The notes under the pieces: generated by a model
What the model saw: the letters and a program-made list of their open reading frames with translations, nothing else
What the model was told of the DNA's origin: nothing
Databases searched by the model: none
Program-made: the position numbers and the translations under genes
In this document: piece after piece, positions 37,194-39,665 of the stretch
How the letters are laid out: each line of letters opens with the position of its first letter
How positions within the stretch are numbered: the stretch's first letter is position 1
From: Candidatus Binatus sp.
Lineage (GTDB): Bacteria; Desulfobacterota; Binatia; Binatales; Binataceae
NCBI GenBank assembly: GCA_049590495.1
Contig: JBAWCX010000316.1
Coordinates: 1-39,665, forward strand
Direction of reading: 5' to 3'
Length of the DNA: 39,665 nucleotides

Positions 37194-37568
37194 AATCTGC
37201 TCCCCAATTCTCGACTAGCTCCGCCCTCAGCCGCCGGTTCTCGTCCTCCAGCGACTTCAGATCGCCGCGTCCCCTTACGCGCGCCGTCTCTCTTACCAAA
37301 CCGCCAAATCTGCAAGCCGCACCGACAGATTGCCAATCAGCAGCCGCCGTAGCCTTATCCTACTATTCATAGACTTTAAAAACATAAAGGAGTGTGTGCA
37401 ATTGTTGTTTTGGAGCTGCAAAATGCGCCTTCAAATCGCGTGCTGGGCTGCGACTCGCGTTGCGTCTCCGCAACAGTCCTGACACCCCGCCTCTATTCTG
37501 AGCACTCTGTGACACATCGTCGATCCGCTACTACTCAACGTAGGAAAGCAAAACTAACCGTAGCTGAA

Positions 37569-37584
37569 TGGCATGTGGCTTGCT
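37569..37584 (+). promoter_or_regulatory. candidate sigma-54 (RpoN) -24/-12 promoter
   Basis: TGGCATgtggcTTGCT matches the consensus TGGCAC-N5-TTGCW at every defined position but one. It is intergenic, in the correct orientation, and about 85 nt upstream of GTG 37670. Rough expectation for such a match in this window on both strands is below 0.1. Confidence 0.4.
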
Positions 37585-37669
37585 CCACCCGGCACCAGGG
37601 AGTGCCTCGCCTGGGACAGGCATATAGCTTGCCTGCGTTTGGCACGGGGAGATCGGGAGGGCCGATGGG

Positions 37670-39665
37670 GTGCGCGGATCGAAGGTTGTACAGCTGCTTG
37701 CTTCGTTTCTAGCCGTAGTGCTGGCGGTTGTCTTTGCGCCTGCGGGATTCCCTTCGACGAACGAATCATTTGCGCAGGGCCTGCCTGCTTCGTCAGTTGT
37801 CAAGCGTACGAAACGGACACCGGCAGCGCTGCAGATGTCCGTCCTCTATCCGTCTAACGGAATACTTAGTCCTGGCCAGTCTCAAATTGTCCAGATCGGC
37901 CTCACGATCCAACCATCGCCCGGGGTTCCGTTCAGCGCGTATCTACTGCGGCTGAAAATGCGGAACCAAAGGGGGCAGACGGTACTCTCTAATTCTTTCC
38001 ATCCAGCCCAGGCTTCTTCTGCCATGAACGTCAGCATGGGAACACTTGTCCCGGGCGAATACGATCTGACCGCACAATTGACAGGGATGGGTACGTCGAC
38101 TGTGTCCGGTCGACACAAAATAAGAAAGTCGGGTACAGTCGCGACCCCGACGCCCACTCAAACCCCGACCGCGACGCCTTCCATGGATCCACCTCCCACA
38201 TCAACACCTACCCCCACCGCGACCGTCACGGCGAGTTTGACGCCGACTGCGACAGCGACGGTGAATACAACTGCCACTTCGACCGCAACCGCCACAGCTA
38301 CGGTCACTGCGACCGCTAGCGCAACGGCGACCGATACGGCCACCGCGACTCGGACGGCCACCGCAAGCGCGTCGGAAACAGCCACGGTAACTACAACTCC
38401 GACAACCACGGCAACGACAACGGCGACTCCGACCGTAACGGCGACTTTGACGACCACGCCAAACGCCACGGCCACCGCGACCGCAAGCGCAACTACGACT
38501 GATACTGCCACCGCCACTCCGACCGCGACCGCAACCACTACTGATACGGTCACCGCGACGCCGACACCAACCGCAACGGCAACGCGCACAGGAACTGCAA
38601 CAGCAACGATAACAGCGACCGCAACCGTCACGGCGACCGCCACTCAGACGGTTACGCCAACGACAACCGCGACTGTTACGGCGACGGCGACCGCAACGCC
38701 GACCCCCACATCAACCGCGACCGGTTCTTGCAGCGGAGCCTCACTCATCAACAGTCAGCAAAGTTCCAATCTCGGTATAGGCACCAGCGTCACTTATACG
38801 ATGAGAACCGCGCCGATAGCGGGCAACGATCTAGTCGTTAGTTTCGCCGAGTACCAGACTCCGGGTGATGTTTCGGCGGTCGATATGGTCGGCGGCACCA
38901 CTACCGCTTGTTCGTTGGCTCTGGGTCCAATCGACGGCGACAGCAACTTCAGCTTCTACCAGTACTACTGCAACAACGTACCAAGCGGAACCACGGGAAT
39001 CAGATTTACGCAAGGTGCCAGAGCCGATACTGAAATCGTAAACGTCGAGCAACTGTCCGGCGCGGGCACACTTTCCGTCGATAAGACCGCGAACGCGCTC
39101 AGCGGTTCGTCATCTTTGTTAAGCACGGGAACCACCTTGACACTTGCCACTACAGGCGAGTGGGCCGTCGCCGGCTGCGAGCTCGCCGCAGCGAACATGT
39201 CGAGCACTTCCATCACGGCGGGTCCGACGAACAGCTATATCGGCTCCGTCGGAATCCTTTCCAGTACTACAGTCACGAATATGGGTTTGGTTGCGGCCTA
39301 CAATAGTGTGGTGGGTACGACTGGGACGAGCACCACCTGGTCATGGAGCACGACCGATGCCCACGACTGCGGTGTCGTGGCGTATGAATGCTCAAGCGGC
39401 CCGCCTGCCACACCGATTGCCACGGCTACTACAACTGCCACAGCCGCGGCGGCTACGGTGACGGCGACGTTGAGTCCGACGCCAACGGCGACTCGGACCT
39501 CGACGGGGAGTGCGACTGCGACGGCGAGCGGCGGACCAACGGCGACGGCGACGGCGACAGCGGTGCCGACGGCGACTTCGACGGGAGGGGCGAGTGCTGC
39601 GGTAGTCAGTGCGATTGCGGCGATGACCAGCAGTGGGCGGATCGGGGTGAACATGGACACCCAGA
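37670..39665 (+). CDS. secreted modular protein with two (X-Thr)n low-complexity arrays (3-prime end beyond the window)
   Basis: Absent from the ORF track because there is no stop inside the window. The frame is open from the stop at 37625-37627 to 39665; I checked every codon. The start is GTG 37670, preceded by the RBS GGGAGG (37655-37660). The signal peptide is MRGSKVVQLLASFLAVVLAVVFAPAG. The layout is a ~157-aa N-terminal part including the signal peptide, array 1, a 226-aa Cys-containing globular domain, then array 2. Confidence 0.8.
   Translation, partial: MRGSKVVQLLASFLAVVLAVVFAPAGFPSTNESFAQGLPASSVVKRTKRTPAALQMSVLYPSNGILSPGQSQIVQIGLTIQPSPGVPFSAYLLRLKMRNQRGQTVLSNSFHPAQASSAMNVSMGTLVPGEYDLTAQLTGMGTSTVSGRHKIRKSGTVATPTPTQTPTATPSMDPPPTSTPTPTATVTASLTPTATATVNTTATSTATATATVTATASATATDTATATRTATASASETATVTTTPTTTATTTATPTVTATLTTTPNATATATASATTTDTATATPTATATTTDTVTATPTPTATATRTGTATATITATATVTATATQTVTPTTTATVTATATATPTPTSTATGSCSGASLINSQQSSNLGIGTSVTYTMRTAPIAGNDLVVSFAEYQTPGDVSAVDMVGGTTTACSLALGPIDGDSNFSFYQYYCNNVPSGTTGIRFTQGARADTEIVNVEQLSGAGTLSVDKTANALSGSSSLLSTGTTLTLATTGEWAVAGCELAAANMSSTSITAGPTNSYIGSVGILSSTTVTNMGLVAAYNSVVGTTGTSTTWSWSTTDAHDCGVVAYECSSGPPATPIATATTTATAAAATVTATLSPTPTATRTSTGSATATASGGPTATATATAVPTATSTGGASAAVVSAIAAMTSSGRIGVNMDTQ
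38141..38722 (+). repeat. degenerate hexanucleotide (ACN-GCN/CCN)n coding array = (X-Thr)n, 194 codons
   Basis: The translation reads ATPTPTQTPTATPS...TATATVTATASATATDTATATRTATA...TATATPTPTSTAT. Nearly every second codon is Thr. The complementary strand gives an artefactual VAVAV ORF (38158-38643). Confidence 0.9.
39401..39583 (+). repeat. second (X-Thr)n coding array, 61 codons
   Basis: The translation reads PPATPIATATTTATAAAATVTATLSPTPTATRTSTGSATATASGGPTATATATAVPTATST. The codon style is the same as in array 1. Confidence 0.85.

Noticed and set aside
37392-37712. 106-aa plus-strand ORF starting next to an AAGGAG sequence.
   Set aside because: The AAGGAG has essentially no spacing to the proposed GTG start. 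The product is Cys/Arg-rich, and its 3-prime end overlaps the better-supported start and signal peptide at 37670 in another frame.
38158-38643. 161-aa minus-strand ORF reading MAVAVTVAVAV...
   Set aside because: It is the complement of the (X-Thr)n array. It is confined exactly to the repeat, whereas the plus frame stays open for about 2 kb through non-repetitive flanks and has an RBS and a signal peptide.
38141-39583. Regular short-period repeats, considered as a possible CRISPR or tandem-repeat (VNTR) locus.
   Set aside because: The period is 6 nt, with no 25-40 nt repeat/spacer organisation and no cas genes. The tract is in frame within a long coding sequence.
39298-39660. 120-aa minus-strand ORF with a signal-peptide-like N-terminus (MSMFTPIRPLLVIAAIALTTAALAPP) followed by VAVAV repeats.
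   Set aside because: It is mostly the complement of array 2 and closes about 100 nt into unique sequence. The plus frame is continuous across it. The N-terminal resemblance to a signal peptide follows from complementing an Ala/Val/Ile-rich stretch. This is not fully excluded without expression data.

Overview
High-GC bacterial chromosomal segment. I recognised no rRNA, tRNA, CRISPR array or intact mobile element. All calls come from reading motifs by eye; no database search was run.

Layout:
- Left edge: methionine genes metY-metA on the minus strand. metA runs off the window and is missing from the ORF track.
- 2.4-5.6 kb: a bicistronic cytochrome P450 + FATP-type acyl-CoA synthetase pair.
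- 5.6-37.2 kb: a large Wzx/Wzy-dependent polysaccharide (EPS/O-antigen-like) locus in two divergent runs.
  - Minus run, 16640 to 5575: priming phosphoglycosyltransferase, rmlBACD (dTDP-L-rhamnose), GT4, membrane GT2 with QxxRW, WecG/TagA-type GT, then a translationally coupled ACP / adenylating ligase / SDR cassette.
  - Plus run, 20621 to 32105: Wza-like lipoprotein, a Wzc-like co-polymerase whose kinase motifs are all degenerate, Wzy, a Gfo/Idh/MocA-SDR fusion, two GT2, GT4, acyltransferase-3.
  - Then a divergent methyltransferase / 2OG-Fe(II) oxygenase pair, a Wzx flippase and a last GT4.
- Between the two runs: a MAPEG membrane protein and an 859-aa secreted CBM-like/glycosidase-like protein.
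- Right edge: a sigma-54-type promoter candidate and a long secreted modular protein with strict (X-Thr)n arrays. It runs off the window and is also missing from the ORF track.

Most interesting: the lipid/acyl-handling genes (P450-FATP, ACP-ligase-SDR, MAPEG, AT3, 2OG oxygenase) wrapped around a rhamnose-containing glycan pathway suggest an acyl- or lipid-decorated polysaccharide. The pseudokinase co-polymerase and the Thr-ladder protein also deserve a second look.
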